Of a DNA stretch of 64,000 bases, positions 38,901-52,619 are shown piece after piece. Numbering within the stretch: position 1 is the first letter of the stretch; every line of letters starts with the position of its first letter. The notes under the pieces were generated by a model. It was not told the origin of the DNA. It did no database searches and saw only the letters and a list, made by a program, of their open reading frames with translations. Origin of the DNA: Spongospora subterranea f. sp. subterranea (lineage: Eukaryota); assembly GCA_049724395.1 (NCBI GenBank), contig JAUGWO010000045.1:186001-250000 (forward strand). Direction: 5' to 3'. A program made the position numbers and the translations under genes.

Positions 38901-39705
38901 ACGATACACACACCCATCAGTGATGAAACACTAACAGCCAGTCAGTGCAATCGTAACGTGCTGTTGATAGCCGGATATGGACGGTGGAAACAGACTGAGA
39001 TAGATTGCCATTGGGGCGCTACAGGCGAAACCCATGTAGATCAACCGTTATTCTACGCATTCGTTGCTGAGACTTCAGCACAGTTTTGAAAACTTGGAAT
39101 TGCTGCTCATTTCTGACATCAATTACATACAATTTCTGACATCATTTACTACACACCCGGTTTTCATCGTCATATGACATCGAGTATGGCAATATTATTC
39201 TTGAAAGGTCAGCGCATAGTGTTTGCTTTTGGCGGTACGTTTTCGAACATCGCATGGCTAAGTGTCACTTTATTCAAAAGCCGTCTGCTGGCTGTGTGTG
39301 AGTTATGCGCTGCACAAGTGATCGGCGACGAAGAGGTCGCAACTTCAAAGCCGATATTATCTCCCGAGGATGTCTAACGTCATCTCTGCCATCAACATCG
39401 TCGCAACAGGCGATGATGACATTATCGTCGACTAATCCTTCTGTAGTGGCAAAAAACGGGAATTGACGGTGTCCTAAACACTGGACGGTATTTTTAGCGT
39501 CAATGCAGCCATTTGAAAAGTGACTTCTGTTTCTTGCCGCTTTCTACCGAGCGCTCTTGACACTTCGTTGTGTATATCCCTAATAAACAGCAGAAACCTG
39601 AACAATGATCACGACACAAATGGCGAACGAGTGTGGGTCAGTTCAACGGGCGGGAGAAGTCCGTACAGTGGATTGTCGGCCGAATCTGGCCATCCAGAGT
39701 ATTTG

Positions 39706-41236
39706 ATGTTGTCTGGCATTAAGATCAAACCTGCTGCTGGTGCCGATAAGGCTCAAGATCATCATAAGTCGGGGTCGCCTGAATGTCAGCGGGAATCATG
39801 GATGACGGGCGCGGATCTCCCGGCGCCCAGGTTTCTGAAACCAGATGCTGCTGAGGCGGTGGCGGCTCCTAAATATACACCCGTTGACCTGGCGTCACGA
39901 TCGGTTTCATCCAAGGACACTGTTCAAGTAGGAGATGGTGGTGCCAGCTGGAGAAGGAGGCAGCGTCGTCGCGCTGAAGAACAAAGTGCATCAGAGAAAG
40001 CGGCAATGCCGTCGCCTAATCGCCAGCCCGAAAGATCAGTACAAAGAAACGCGTCATCTCACGTCCTCAATAACCGCCATGATGACCGTCGTTCTGTTTC
40101 GATTCCTGCGGAAGCTGCGTCTAATTCTGAAGAGGTTCCGGACCTCAATGCGTTGGCAGCCCACGCTCTTCGTGCTAAACTTGGCCAATGATATGGCGAC
40201 CCACGATCGGATACAGAAGCAAATCGCGCAATTCACAAGCAACCCTCGTGTTGAGGTGCTGAATGAATTAGATGAGCTTGGACGGCCGGTTCTGCTACGT
40301 CAATCGGCAAAACACAAGGATGACCTTGCTTCTCTTGTCAAATATGAACGATTGCAATCGAGATCGGAATATAATATGGATTCGGCCATGCAGTCTATCA
40401 AGAGTTCACGGAAATTGATGTCAACGGATGATCAATTCGATGCAGCTTCAAGTGATGACTTTCGCCGTGAATCCGCAAAGAAAAGACACATCACATCAGA
40501 TGATCAGATGGACCGAAAGCTGGCTCTACGAGAACACCAAAAATCGGTTAATCAAGTGGAACAATGTCCTCAATGTTTGGAGGGACGCCGTATACAACGC
40601 CATTTGATCGTGGCTTTTGGCAAATTCTGCTATCTTAGCGTTCCATCGACGCCTCCAATGGGTTTAGGGCATTGTTTTATCGTCCCAAATGAACACGTTG
40701 TGTCGTCCACCGTAATGGACGAGGCTACTTTTGATGAGATCCAATCGCTAAAACGGGCTCTGACCAAGATGTTTGCATCTGGCTCGCAGGGTGTGGTCTT
40801 CCTGGAAACCTCCTCAACGAAAAATCGGCACGCTGTAGTTGAGTGTATTCCGATGGATCTCGAAATGTTTGCTGATGGTCCCGGCTATTTCAAAAAAGGC
40901 CTGTTGGAGTGTGACGAAGAATGGTCATCTCACAAGAAGCTTTTTGAGTTGAATCCATCGAAAAATATTCGGCAATCTATTCCCGCAGGGTTTCCGTTTT
41001 TTAGTGTTGAATTCGGCAGCTCTTCAGGTTTCGCCCATGTTATTGAAAATGAGAAGAAATTTTCCAGAGATTTTGGGCGACAGGTGATATGCGGGTTGCT
41101 GGAAGAGGCGGCTGAGATCTTTCTTCGCGCTAAAGACGAACCCCGAGAATACCAACTGAATCGGGTCAGCCAGCTGAAACAAATGTGGGCTCCTTATGAT
41201 GTTTTGGCGCAACATCGCAGTAATGCTAATATATAA
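39706..41236 (+). CDS. CWF19L2: CWF19-like 2 spliceosome/lariat factor (CwfJ C-terminal domains); +1 frame break near 40185
   Basis: RESWM, VGDGGASWRRR, LNALAAHALRAKL, CPQC, GHCFIVPNEH, VVFLET, HAVVECIP, YFKKGLLECDEEWSSHKKL, GFAHVIE. Confidence 0.92.
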
Positions 41237-41562
41237 TTACTCCTATTTATGAACTGGTCGCCATGAAAACGGTGTCGCCACATTTGCGGTCTTGTCGAAA
41301 CATCACGTGGGACCTTAAACATCACATTTTAAAATCCCACTTTTATAAGAAAGGCTCAGCGCTGATAAAGTGACGTGACCCATCGTTGCGTTTGAATGTA
41401 TGAGATCATTCGTCTTTGTCCAGATGTGCGATATCATGTTGGTTGCCGAGTTTTGGTACTTCGCGCAGTATTTTGTCACGGACATCAAGGTTTTTCGCCC
41501 GAGATCAAAGCGGATATTCCTGATCCCTTTGGAAAGCAATTACTCCTTCTTTCCTTCCTGCA

Positions 41563-42465
41563 ATGTCGCATATTCGAGCCTCGTATCGACCTCAATACCG
41601 GGACACGTTTGATCCGATCCCTGAACAGCGCCCCCATAGCGCTCTTCGCCAAACCTGTGAGGACGCTTGGGCTTTGTTTGTCCTCTGGAATTGCCTCGCT
41701 AAATTGGTCAGTTCTAAAAACAGGAATCATCAGTGAGGCTACAGGATCGGCCTATATTGAGCTTCAGAGCGTCAATGGTGGCTCCACCAAAGTAAGTTTG
41801 GCATTTTGGTTCATTTTTTCTGTTTGATGATATGGCTACAGGTTATTTGCTCATGTTATGGCCCGCGACAGACCAAGAAGTCAATGGCGTTCAGCGAAAA
41901 TGGAATACTCTGGTGCGACTATAAATATGCCACGTTCGCTGATCAAGGCGCTCGGCCACGAAGAGCAGGCCAGTCTGAGAGAGAAAGGTTTCTTTCTCGC
42001 TCGAGTAAATTAATCAGTTCTATATCAGATTTTGATTCGCATCTAAAATTTGAAATACAGTTGAAAAGGCCTTACATGAAGCCGTTAGGTTGGATACCTT
42101 CCCGAAAGCAGTACTTGAGATATATATCTTGGTGTTGGAGAACGACGGTGGCGATTTCGAGGCGGCATTAACGTGTGCGTCAGCAGCGATTGCAGACGCT
42201 GGTGTGGAAATGTTCGACCTAGTTACTGCCGTATTTGCAGGACTGACACCTGACGGACGAACCATTTTGGATCCAAGGTCCTGCGATGTTCCCAAGATGA
42301 AAGCCACGGTCAGCCTTGGATTTATGCAATCTAGGCAAAATGTGACACATTTCAACATGGGCGGGCATGCTTCAGACTTGGCAGATGAAAGATATGGTTG
42401 AACTTTGTCTTGATGGATGCTCACAATTTTCTGACGTAATACGCAATGCGCTAACATTAAACTAG
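41563..42465 (+). CDS. RNA exosome core RNase PH-like subunit (MTR3/RRP41-like); +1 frame break near 42380
   Basis: LKTGIISEATGSAYIE, KVICSCYGPR, YATFA, FPKAVLEIYILVLENDGG, TCASAAIADAGVEMFDLV; C-terminal MVELCLDGC..IRNAL in the shifted frame. Confidence 0.9.
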
Positions 42466-42576
42466 TTCTACTGAATTTACATTGATATTGTCGCTTGAGG
42501 TGTCAAAACACCAGTAGGATGCAAAACAGCGAACCTGTTAAAAACGTAAAACTGGTTATTGGGAGTTGTATTAACT

Positions 42577-44562
42577 TCAAAACCGTGCGCCGCTCATGTG
42601 AGGAACGGGCTCCACGGAAGGACGCTGAATTAACCTGGGTGTGCCAACTGAAGGAGGAAACTGGGATGGCACTGCTTGGAAGTCGTTCGGTCTTAGACGA
42701 TCCGAGGGAGCGAAGGCATTCAGCTCCGGTGCTCGGCCACTAGAATTTGCAGCGATAGCCATTGGGGATAGATATTCCGGTGGCGAGTTGAATATAGGAC
42801 CATGATACATATTCCTAGGACCAAGACCTGGCGGGTGATTATCAAGCCTTGTCGCTGTTTGAAAATCATGCAGCTCGTGCCTAGCAGACAGCCCAGGAGG
42901 CGGAGATCGGGAAACATTGTCTGAAAAGGGAGCACGGCCTGTGGAATCGTAACCATATCCAGGAAACGCACTACACCGGCGTCCATCCAATGGTGACACT
43001 GAAGAATCCCAAGGAGGCGGAAGGGGCTGACCAGGTTGCGGACGCCCTAAACCGTCGGATACTCCTGTCTGAGATATAACACGGCGCTGCAGTTGTACAG
43101 GAGGTCGAATCGGAGCGTGAATTGCGGTTTGAGTCGTTGTTACGGCAGGATTGGAAACTGGCCCAGCGAATAAATTATAGTCCAAGGACCTTAGGCCCCG
43201 GTTCGGCATGAATGAGACATCGATGTCGGGTAGCAGCGACCTGAACACGTTCTGCCTTTCTACACGGAACTGTGAACGGGGCGAATCTGGAGGTGATGTA
43301 GACGGTGGCGATACCGATGGTGGTGATATAGCAGAGCCATATCCTGTGCTCCATGAAGGATTCCTATTGGCTTCCCAGCCAAACGGACTCTGCAATAATG
43401 AAATGAGCTTTTACCGGCAATATAACGGAAAAAATCACATTACCGAATCCGATTTCCCAAGGCCTAAAGCAGATATGCCGGGTAACAGATAATCGACCTC
43501 TGGTAGCGAGGGCTGCTGATATTCTTCTTGGTATTGAGTCGCAGCTGATACCATTCGACATAAACCTAATGGTGGTTCTGACGAAAGAGCACTTTTGACA
43601 TTTTCAGTAGCAACAGGAGCCACAATTGGCACTTTTGCGACGATTTCGGGATATTGTACCGTCCTGGTGCAGATGTCTTTTTCAGTAATAAGGGCAGCAG
43701 GTTCAGTTTTCAAATGAGCGTCAGCGACGGTGTCGGAAGTGTGGTGATCCATTTCGAACTCATCCATCTGCACTTCATGCTGTAAATCCTCTTTCGTAAA
43801 ACACTCCGATTCACGGGCGAGTTCATGGAGATATAAACAGCTCGAGTTGTTGCAGACGACGTGGCGCAGAAAAAAAGAGCAGTATTTCGTTGTTCCAAAC
43901 GTCGCCCTACATATTTATTAGCGCAAAAGCAATAATAAACAACAGACACGACAAACCTCATGGTGGATTTCCCTTCGTGAATGAGATCATTGATATGAGA
44001 GATGCAATCAGCCGCATCATTGTTCCTTTTTGAAAGTCACATACGCGGAATAATTCGTGCCACCTGTTTTTCTGTTGATCGCGATTTTAACAATTCGACC
44101 GAAACGGCCGAAATGCTCCTTTTTCCGCAAAATCTCGTCCTTGGCAATCGAAGGAATCAACCCCGTCACATAGACAAGATTCCGCTGCATCACACGAACA
44201 TTTTGTAACACGGATCGATCTGTAGCTGCAATATCACGATGATTATCCGCTGTTGAAGCAGGTTTCGCGTGTGTCTTCCCCAATCTCTGCAGGTCCCTTT
44301 TCTTTCGACGATCGGCTGTCGCGGCAGCTAAAAGGTCATGATCCAGCTGCTGGAAAGAGCTGCTGTCGTAAGGTTTCCGGCATGCAGGACACAAACCGCC
44401 CAGTTTATCCCTGATATTGTGGAAGCACCACAGGCAGACCTGATACCCACACCGGCAAGGGTGGAAACTCCTATCTGTTAAATCGAACTCTTCCATGCAC
44501 AGAGGACAGCATTGCTCATCGCTTTCCTCTTCGCCGGATTGGGCAAGCCTCCCCTTAACCAT
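42577..44562 (-). CDS. CNOT4: CCR4-NOT subunit NOT4 E3 ligase (C4C4 RING, RRM, C3H1); +1 frame break near 44020
   Basis: CPLCMEEFDLTD..PCRCGYQVCLWC..GLCPACRKPY; NVRVMQRNLVYVTGL; SAYVTF; RATFGTTKYC..C..CLYLHE; Pro/Ser-rich tail. Confidence 0.95.
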
Positions 44563-45113
44563 ATAACCTATCTGGGTATTGACGAGTTCGAATGCAGTCT
44601 CTGGTTGTTGACCTCCGCGAATAATATAATCTCTGATCAAACAGAAATCAAATTTGCGAGTCACGGACTTTACATGTGGTTCTACAGGTTCTATGTGTCT
44701 GTGATGTGAGTAACACATTCGTCTGTAGAAATCGCTGTTCTCGTTTCATTCTCGTGATATAAAATCAATCTGTAACGCGATCGCAGTTTTTTTAATCTGC
44801 GCCTGTATGGTTGCGTTATGCAGCAGTCTACTGATCACAACCTCATTTGAACATCGTTTGTGGTTTAGTGTCGGGTCGTTAGATATACGCGATGCTGAAC
44901 AGGCAGGTAATGCCCCGATCATCGACTGTACCGATTATTGGTGTGAAGGTCGTCCATTGAGAGGATGCCCTGCCGAGCCCCATTCCATTGTGAATCCAGA
45001 TTTTTACCAAGACGTATCGGCGGAGTTCCGCACTATCCGGTTCAGTGGTTTCAATTATAAACCGACAATCTTCACGACAGCATCGACAATATGAACGGGG
45101 ACCGGAATGAATT

Positions 45114-48075
45114 ATGGCCAAGATACATATATCAGTTCCGCCAGATAAAGCCAGCGAATATCTTCGTATGCCCGCTTTCGCCGTTAATTGGTGCAAAAAG
45201 ACAGGGATTGTTTTGGTAGCCGGTGGTGGTGGGACTAAAGGAACTGGCATAAGAAGTGGGATTGTATGAACAACACTAATCAGCTCTATGTTTTTTCAAT
45301 TGACCGGTGCTTTTGTGCAGACCGTAAATCGTATAACTAGTAAGGGCATATTGTGCCCTTTTGGTTATCTTGATACGCACGATAAGTTAGCCGTTGCCAT
45401 AGCAGCTCATCCGACGGTAAGCAGTGGACGTCTTGCTGTGCCCATTCTCTCCATTTACTGACATTGACTAACCGAAGGATAGCGTGTTCGCTTGTGCGAT
45501 CGGTGAATTTACTTATATAATTCAATGGGATTCAAAGACGTCCACTCTGATTACTGTTGAACGGCTTAAATCGGATTTCTCAGAAGATAATCCCTATCAG
45601 GTTAAATCATGATTTGAGTCGCTTTGACGGTGAGTTGAGATGCAATGTCAACAGGCATGCGTTGCGTTCGACCCCCTTGGGGACCATGCTAGCTGGCGGA
45701 GGTGAAGACCGGATTGTCAGAACTTTCAGATATCCTTCATTTGGCCGCATGAACCAGTTCAAGCATCATGCAAACGTTATTCAATCAATTTCGTTCAATT
45801 GCAGTGGAAATCTAATGGCAGTTACGTCTAAAGAGCGGATATGCAGTGTGTGGCACTCTGATCACACAAAGATGTGGACTTTATCGTACCGAGATATGGA
45901 GTTTCGAGGATGTGCGTTCTCCTTATCAGATGAATATACGCTGTTCACATGGTTGAACTCACCTTCACGAGGCAGTATCTTAGCAATGTGGGATGTTAGT
46001 TCTGGGACTATCATAAAACTGGTTTGTATCCAAGAGAAGTGAGAATTGGTAACCGTCTGATTTTTTTGTATTTACAGGTTAATTTGGATGATAAATCAGC
46101 TGTATCTGGTCGTATGAGCCATGATGGATCGCTGTTAGCCGTCGCCACAGTAAAGAACAATTGCACTATATACACGCTTAGCACAAGTACATTATCAATA
46201 ATCGGAAAGCAACGAGTGTCACATGAGTAGGACCTGTTAATATTTTTTCAAAGTTCGTTTGATTAACTTGGGATCAATCATTTCAGTTTTCCTCAGACAG
46301 GAATGGATTTTTCCCCTAACGATGATAAAATTGTATCTGTTTCTGCTGATATGTCCCATGAAATTATCATGTCGCGGTCGTCGACAGGTATGCTCGCATT
46401 TCTCCGCATTAAATGGAAATTCAACTTTAACTGTGTTTTACAGGCATCATATGGAAAATACTCTTTTTATTAACGTTGATGACTGTTTTCTATGGCGCCT
46501 ATGAATTTGGCATCTTCGCAGTTCTATTTTCCCAGTTCTCGCAGTTCAAAACGGAGATATATTCGTTTTCTGAGTTTGGTAAACGATGGATGCCGGGTCC
46601 GGAATCGTCTAAATCAGATGTAATTTCCGTCATTGATGATTACCCTCAACGGAGTCGTTCGAGTGTTGATGATCATTTTGCGTCCGAAACACTCGGTATT
46701 GCATTTTACTCGGTCTGTTGTGCTTTACAATAATATATATCAACATTCTAGGACATTCAGCAATCGCGAGACCTTTGGGTCTTACTGAGAATCCATTTCA
46801 GGAGGATACTGAATTGCGAAGCGAGGAACCTCAGAATGCACAGGAGTTGTCAAGTAAACCACAATCCACTGATTTCCAAGCATCGGAGGCATTGAGTGCT
46901 GGTAAATCGGTTGGCGTCCGTGGGCGCGTTTCCATATCCGAAACGGAGCTCATCAAACCCAATCCAGGTCATCCAGCTGTTGATGACGACAGGTCAGTCA
47001 TCTCTTGCTTGACGTCTGGGAACTTATTTTAGTATTGACGATAGCTCTCAAAAAAATATTCCAGTTATCACCCATCCCGATACTGCGGAAGAGTCAACAA
47101 CGGATTCGATGAAGTCAGCAGCTCATTCCCACTCTCTGGTCGATTCACCTTCTCTAGAAAATTTCTCGCCGTCGAACCAAGAAGTGCGAGCTTCTCAGGA
47201 TCAAGATACAGAATATTCTTTCTCGGTGTCTGCTTCGGATTCACCTGTCAATCTAGGAGTGGACACTGTTTTAAACGACATAGGGACCGAGACCGCGCCA
47301 GATGATAGCGAACCAAGCGTTAATGCTGACAATATCTCAGACACTGTCGCAATTATCCCAGATATCATCATTTCTACATCAAATTTAGACGTATCAAGCG
47401 GATCGCGTGGAGATAATGCTCCATTGCAGACTTCTGCGGAAGTTGAAGTTGAGCCACAGGCAGACAAATCGGATTCGACGGTCGGATTAGGTGATCCGAT
47501 ATTGCGAATGGATGAGAAGTCATCAAACGATGAGCCATCGACAACTGAGGTAAATTATCAGCAGCAGAGTCCTAGTTAAGAGTTTAACACTTTTCGTTCA
47601 GAACCGCATTCCAGATCACAAAGATCCTTCCCAAGCTTCACCCATCATGTCATCGGAGCAAGGCAGCGAAGCTGGCAACAGTTCCGTCGATGGTGGCCCA
47701 TCTCCTGTCAGTGACGATGCTTCTGACGGGGCAGAACATGCTGGCAGATCTGCAAATTTAAACTCGCAAGCACCCAAGGAGTCATTGAATGATGAACCGT
47801 CAACAGATGAGAATGATCGTCAACATCCAGTATCTAATGACACAGGCAGCGAAGATGTCTTTCAGGGTTCACACTTGACAGAAACCCCAAGTGGGGCACC
47901 TACAGACACCAAAATCGACGCCGGCACCTCCGAGGGTGACGCATCGTACGACACACAACCTGATGACCACCAGGTCGACGAGAGAGATTCACAGCGAGAT
48001 TCTGATGATTCTGGAGACTTCAAGAATAACTCTGTTTCCGATGATGCGGATGTTCCCGAAGATGATTCATCATAA
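45114..48075 (+). CDS. SEC12: SEC12/PREB-like Sar1 GEF: WD40 propeller, one TM segment, very long acidic Ser/Asp-rich lumenal tail
   Basis: K-loop motif VAGGGGTKGTGIRSG (45214-45270); WD segments MLAGGGEDRIVR, MEFRGCAFS, DGSLLAVAT, KIVSVSAD; TM IIWKILFLLTLMTVFYGAY; downstream exons linked by GT-AG introns to stop 48075. Joining of the tail is inferred. Confidence 0.75.
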
Positions 48076-48495
48076 ACATTGTAAATGTGCAGCAATTCTC
48101 AAGTCGTGAATATCATGTCATGGTTTTGTTGGCGTAGCGTCATCATTATTCTTGATACCTCGAAGATATTTCATGAACGCGAGCACGTCTTCTTATAGTA
48201 ATTTTGTAATTTTTTATATCAGCCCATTATGTCAAATGATCCTCACAATGGCAAATTAATTTGAAAAAGGGAGAATTCTTATGGACTTTGACACGTTCGA
48301 CTCAGTTATGTTTCCTGAGTGGCGTATTGTCCATAGCATCAAAAATGTGAACGCAACAAATGCGAACCGGTGTTTTTCTTCAGCTTTATTCAAACGTCCA
48401 CCGCTGTCATCATCAAATGTGGCCTGCCCTCTTTGAGCCGTCCCAGATTTCAGAACAAAAAAAGTGATGCCGTCGCATTTATAGTTTGGTATCCC

Positions 48496-49934
48496 CTACG
48501 TGGCTTTATGAAAATAGTTTCCCATGGCGACACCAGCCAAGAACGATTTGAGATCTGGTGAAGCATTGACTAAATCCATTCCCAAATTTCTAATTGCAGC
48601 AACGTGCCCAGTGCTGTCGATATTAAAACTCTTGTATATGCCATGAATCCCTAAAAGCATTGCCACATTCCTGCGATACGCAGACTTTGAATACTCTTCA
48701 AGCACAGCGTCACTGCCGATATCACGACCGTAAGCTCGGCAAAAACAGTTAGCCAAGTCAACCGCATCAGCAATGCCAAGATTCAATCCTTGACCAGCAT
48801 GAGGATGAACCGAATGAGCAGCATCACCAATCAAAGCGAATCGTGACCCAGAATAACTGGACACATTACGTAGGCATAGCGGGAACCCAACACGGTCAGA
48901 AACAACATCAACGATGACCGGGACATCAGCGTGCGGCTGACGACGAACAAAGTGTGCGACAGAGCGCAAAGAATCAGGAGGAAGGGCATAGGCAGACGTG
49001 GTTTCTCTTGTGTCGGACAGGCAAGAGTTGAGAAGATCTACAAAATCAGGCTTGGACATTCTCTTTACTCGGGCGGCATCGGCTGGTGGCAACGACCATA
49101 CTATTGACGATTGATTGCCATTTAAAGGAAGCATGCCAAGTGGTCCTGACCAAAACTTAGCAAATTTGGTATGCATGCATTAGGTACCAACCAAACCAGT
49201 TGGCAGATAGCGTTGCCAAGCCGACTTCCTGGCATCAGCGTTTTCATTAGTCGTGACTACGGCAACAACTCCTTCTTGTTGATAACCGAAACCATACGTC
49301 TCAACTTTGGCAGCCGATTTGACGTAAGAGCCGGGGCCATCGGCCCCGACGACGAGACGGGCTGACATCTCTTCTTCGACCCCGTCAGATTGAACACCAA
49401 CCCAAGAATTGCTGCTGGAAAAGGCAATATCCTTGATCGTTGCTGGACAAAATAGTTGTAAACCTGAACCCTGATCGTCATTTAGCTCTTGGAGCCTAGC
49501 ATATAGCGCATGTTGCATCACCTATCATTACATTTGAGGCACTATATGATGATTGCTAACTGTTTTCGTACATTATTAGGAATGACGTATCCCAATGGGG
49601 AATCTGGATTCTTTTGTTCAAAATCTACACGAGCGCCGCCAATCATAGTATCCCATACAACCATATTCCCATAGGGAGTCGCTGCTGGTTCTAGCTCGTC
49701 CCAAACCCCAACTCGCTGGAACGCGGAACGAGAATATGGGGAAATGGCGCTGACCCGAATGGGTGGACCAGTTGTCGTGGAAATATCGCGAGGAGGATCA
49801 CGCTCAAGAAGAGCAACGCGTAATGATCGCGTCGCTGGCTGACTTCCTAGAACCAGAGCAAACAACGACCCAACGACACCACCACCGCTGATTATCACAT
49901 CCCATTGGTTCGAGCGGTAAAGTGACGACGTCAT
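48496..49934 (-). CDS. COQ6: Ubiquinone biosynthesis FAD monooxygenase COQ6/UbiH family
   Basis: DVIISGGGVVG, RVSAISP, LVVGADGPGSYVK, AWQRYLPTG/PLGMLP, SSIVWS, ALIGDAAHSVHPHAGQGLNLGIAD. Confidence 0.93.
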
Positions 49935-50069
49935 GATTCAAAACAATGGGACTCTCTCTCTCTCACCACGATCAAGAGTCATCAACCGTACGGGATAGAC
50001 TGACATGGCGTAGCATTTCTGTTCATCTTCTGTTAAGATTGCATCGCTGATTCCAAGTTCAAGGATAAT

Positions 50070-50151
50070 GTCAATGTGTCCCGAGTGGTTAAGGAGATCG
50101 ATTAGAAATCGATTGGGCTTGCCCGCGCGAGTTCAAATCTCGTCATTGACT
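50070..50151 (+). tRNA. tRNA-Ser(AGA)
   Basis: Acceptor GTCAATG/CATTGAC; D-loop AGTGGTTAA; anticodon stem ATCGA-TT-AGA-AA-TCGAT; long variable arm GGGC-TT-GCCC; T arm GCGAG-TTCAAAT-CTCGT. One extra C in the D-stem; discriminator T rather than the usual G. Confidence 0.92.
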
Positions 50152-50158
50152 TTTTTTT
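50151..50158 (+). terminator. Pol III terminator (T8)
   Basis: T-run immediately after the tRNA acceptor stem. Confidence 0.75.
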
Positions 50159-51865
50159 CGATTGGCCAGCTCAACTTTGCATTATAAGGCAAAAATTAGA
50201 CGCAAATTCTACAATTATTTTTACAAAACCTGCCGATAGATATCTGTCGTGTCTCAGTCTTATTATTAGTCGTTCTGGTATTATTCTTCATGGAAACGAT
50301 CAATGTCTCAAACATTCGCCCTGAATTGCAAAAGTTCCCCTTTGGCTACCGTAGGCAGATTCAATGGACTGTTTGCTTGATAATAATTGCGTTGCTTTTA
50401 TTGTCGGCTAAGGAACACGACATGACCTGACGCTTAACCAACGGTACTGTACAAGAACGTTTTACTCCAACCGAGATTACCGTCATGCCATTCTGTAATG
50501 CGGCTCGATTTAAATTGAAAATAAATAGTGGGATAATTCCAAGAGTAAGCCCCGTTGTGTAGCCTATGCGTTTGGGCATAAGTACTCGCATGACTTTGCT
50601 ATGACGAACAACACACCGAACCATCAGAGCTCATATCTTCGCTACGATAATGGTGTACGAGCGTGGTCAGCCAATCAATGGATGACATTTCTGCCTCGTG
50701 GTCCGGGGACTTTTCCACGGATTCCTCGACCCAGTTATCACACTAGGTCCGTATGAAATACCCGTATGCAAGTCTTCGGAATTATCCCGATTGGATTGGG
50801 CTGATGGTAACAATGGGTATATATATACTCGCGCGGCAGATTTCCCACACTATGGGACCTTCTTGCAGTGACAACCAGGTCGCCATGGAGAATATTGCTT
50901 TGCACACAGAAAGACTCGGATAAGTTCAATTACAGCGTTAAATTGGAGCACGCTTCTTGTTTTCTGTTCACCGCCTTGCGATTACGTAAGAGGGTTTACT
51001 TTTCACCTGCAGTTTACGTTCAGGCCGACAACCCACGGGCCTCAGCTGACCATGAAATACAAGCGATTTGATGATCAGAGAATAGAGGCTCTTGAAGGCT
51101 CTGATCGGACAAGGACATGCCTCAACACTTGCCGATTTGTGGATGTAAAAATTTAGTTTTCAACTAAATTATTCAAACGTTTTACACTTCAGGGGAAGAG
51201 AATTTTTACAGTTGAAGAAATTAATTCGGCTGGTTTCCCTATTGTGTCAAGGCAGAAAAAAATGTCTGACGTTAATCTGTAGCCGGAACGTTTCCGCTGT
51301 AACAGTTTTTCGGACGAGTACATTCATTCACATTTTAAAGTTAGATTTTATAAAGTCATTTAACTACACGCACAACGATTGTTTAGCAGGACGTATAGAA
51401 TCTAACTTCAACTAGGAATAAATCCAGTCGTCCGAAGGAAACTCGTCTTGCTGGAAGTCTGATTTTCAGATTAAGCCTCAGAACAAAGAGAGTTTATAAG
51501 AATAAAAAATGAATGACTCCAATATCACGCGTCTCAATTCCCTTCAGCTACTGGCGCAACTCAGCACATCAGCAGGGACACGAAGGGAAAAGTTCACGCG
51601 ACAAATCGTTGTGTGATGATATGTCTGTCCATTAGCCCGAAAAAATAACAACAAATCCAATCTGAATTTATATTGACCATGGCCGTTGACGGAGTCTTGC
51701 ACTGATAGTACATAGTTCACAGTATTCGTCTGGGAACAAACTCTAACTCACCTTTATTTCAACTCCTGAGCGACAAAATAATGATGCTGCAACTATACAG
51801 TGTTGGCCCTAATGTTGTAAGGACGGACTCCGTGCGATTCCGAAAGTCCGAGAACATTGCTCACG

Positions 51866-52329
51866 ATGGAGACCAAGAAGGTTGTTGAGGTTACTGAAGC
51901 CCCCATCCATCGTATCCGCATCACATTGACCAGCCGCAATGTTGCAGCTCTCGAGAAAGGTTTGCTTGCATTCTGTCGACTCTGCTGTCAATGAGCCTGA
52001 CGGGCATAATCGTGTTCAGTTTGCGGTGACCTTGTTCGTGGCGCCAAGGACAAGAGCCTGAAGCACAGCGGACCGATCCGTCTGCCCACAAAAACTCTCC
52101 GATTGACGGTTCGCAAATCGCCATGTGGTGAAGGTACCAACACCTGGGATCGCTATGAAATGCGCATCCACAAGCGCCTCATCGACCTCCGCTCACCAGC
52201 CGACGTCGTTAAGCAGATTGTAAGTTTGCCATTTACCCGATATCCTCGGTTGTCTTATTGCTGTTTTTTTAGACATCCATCAGCATTGAGCCTGGTGTTG
52301 AAGTCGAAGTCTCCATCAACGAAGATTAA
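51866..52329 (+). CDS. RPS20: 40S ribosomal protein uS10 (S20), 3 exons
   Basis: [80 protein letters not shown]. Confidence 0.97.
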
Positions 52330-52619
52330 TTTCGAGCAAATCTCAATAAATTCCATATAAAAAATGCTGTCTATTGGCCTAAATCGGAAGGTGTGCTTAA
52401 TGTGTTTCTTGGCAGTCTGCCCTGACAACCATTGTTGTTTTTTTTTCTGAAGTATTCGGCCTGAATGCCGATGAGCGTGTCGATGCTCTGTCCGTGGCCG
52501 CAGATAAGGGAACGGTGTAACACAACCAGACGCTATCAATCAGGAGTGTGGTAACAATAACCCGCCATCAGTGTGCTAAACCCCCTTCCCATTACGTTAT
52601 ACTCCCAATAACAGGTCTA

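Noticed and set aside
44879..45250. ORF with ALSGGTD resembling a PP-loop (TilS) motif
   Set aside because: Overlaps the SEC12 first exon on the opposite strand, lacks the SGGxDS serine and has no other PP-loop motifs.
50300..51750. 1.4-kb gene-free stretch after the tRNA; LGPYEI peptide reminiscent of a Gypsy integrase tail
   Set aside because: Similarity too short; no terminal repeats found.
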